Below, piece after piece: positions 63,385-64,000 of a stretch of DNA of 64,000 bases. Both the position numbers and the translations under genes were made by a program. Numbering within the stretch: position 1 is the stretch's first letter; the number at the start of each line of letters is the position of its first letter. Source of the DNA: a virus (Duplodnaviria; Heunggongvirae; Uroviricota; Caudoviricetes); IMG/VR virus record IMGVR_UViG_2880389630_000005. The stretch is one strand, 5' to 3'. Below the pieces are notes generated by a model. That model was not told the origin of the DNA. It ran no database searches and worked only from the letters and a program-made list of their open reading frames with translations.

Positions 63385-63729
63385 ATGTCAGATTTGGCTA
63401 TGAAGGTTTTGAAATGGCAATCGACTGGCGATGTTGGCATCAGTAGCGCAACTCTTGCCTCAATCGCATGTGGACTGAAAAAGAATATCTATGGTCATCA
63501 CTTCGGCGCTCCCCATGACGCAGCCGATTTCAGACGATGCGTTGCACTTGTTGAGCAGATTCCAGAAATCAGAGATTCATTCAACAAGGTTGCAAAGCGC
63601 GTTCCGGCATTCAAAGGAATCCTCAACGAATGGGATTCCCTCGTTGCTCTGTTGAAGTCTGAAATGAAGACGTACGGGAACAAAGCACCAGAGACTTACA
63701 GAAGAATCAGCGAGCTACGAAAGGACTAA
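63385..63729 (+). CDS. hypothetical protein
   Basis: About 114 aa from internal ATG; the ORF-track start lies inside the upstream terminator hairpin. Confidence 0.35.
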   Translation: MSDLAMKVLKWQSTGDVGISSATLASIACGLKKNIYGHHFGAPHDAADFRRCVALVEQIPEIRDSFNKVAKRVPAFKGILNEWDSLVALLKSEMKTYGNKAPETYRRISELRKD

Positions 63730-63808
63730 CCCGCCTCACACTCGATGAGGCCTGTTCATATCTGATAGAGCCGCTATATGGCGGTTTATTTTTGCCTGGA
63801 GAATTAAG

Positions 63809-64000
63809 ATGACCGATACCAGCCTGATTCCTGAGAAAGAAGTGATGAACAAGCTCGGTGTTTCATCACGTCAGACAATCTGGAACTATACCAAACGGCA
63901 CGGATTTCCGAAGCCAGTCAGAACCCACCCCAAATCATACCTTCGTGAAGCTGTTGAAGGGTGGATTCTTAACGGTGGCGTTAATCAGAAATGCTCCTGA
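63809..64000 (+). CDS. AlpA/Xis-like excisionase or regulator
   Basis: 63 aa; FPKP...W..EVEGW pattern of AlpA-family HTH proteins; rightmost gene, integrase expected beyond window. Confidence 0.55.
   Translation: MTDTSLIPEKEVMNKLGVSSRQTIWNYTKRHGFPKPVRTHPKSYLREAVEGWILNGGVNQKCS

Overview
Enterobacterial (E. coli/Shigella-like) chromosomal window with three parts. (1) 1-17.8 kb: the late/morphogenesis region of a Mu-like myovirus prophage on the + strand (F-like, G, I, major head, sheath, tube, tape measure, circularization protein, baseplate, tail fiber); its early region lies left of the window. (2) 18.0-24.0 kb: a CP4-44-type island remnant and host genes (cbeA/yeeU-cbtA/yeeV-yeeW, yeeX, yeeA, sbmC with LexA box, dacD). 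(3) 24.8-64.0 kb: a mosaic lambdoid prophage that continues past the right edge (integrase not in window). It has a P22-like virion module and immI region (tailspike, ant, arc, mnt, ejection proteins, tail needle, coat, scaffold, portal, terminase) on the - strand, a lambda-type lysis cassette (S, R, Rz/Rz1), Q, nin region, a primase-helicase plus O-like initiator with iterons, cII, cro, cI, N with nut sites, cIII, kil, a Sak4-like/SSB-like module, Ea22-like genes and an AlpA/Xis-like gene. An IS911 copy with a 3-bp GAT duplication interrupts the gene-20-like ejection protein gene. The best candidate for an undescribed system is a three-gene AT-rich cassette (28858-30666) with a PIN-like nuclease at the sieA-equivalent locus next to mnt; a second unexplained three-ORF cassette sits between N and cIII (57153-58541). 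Protein identifications are from reading the supplied translations against remembered family sequences, with no database search. Coordinates follow the ORF track; hand-placed sites (operators, terminators, repeats) are approximate to a few bp.
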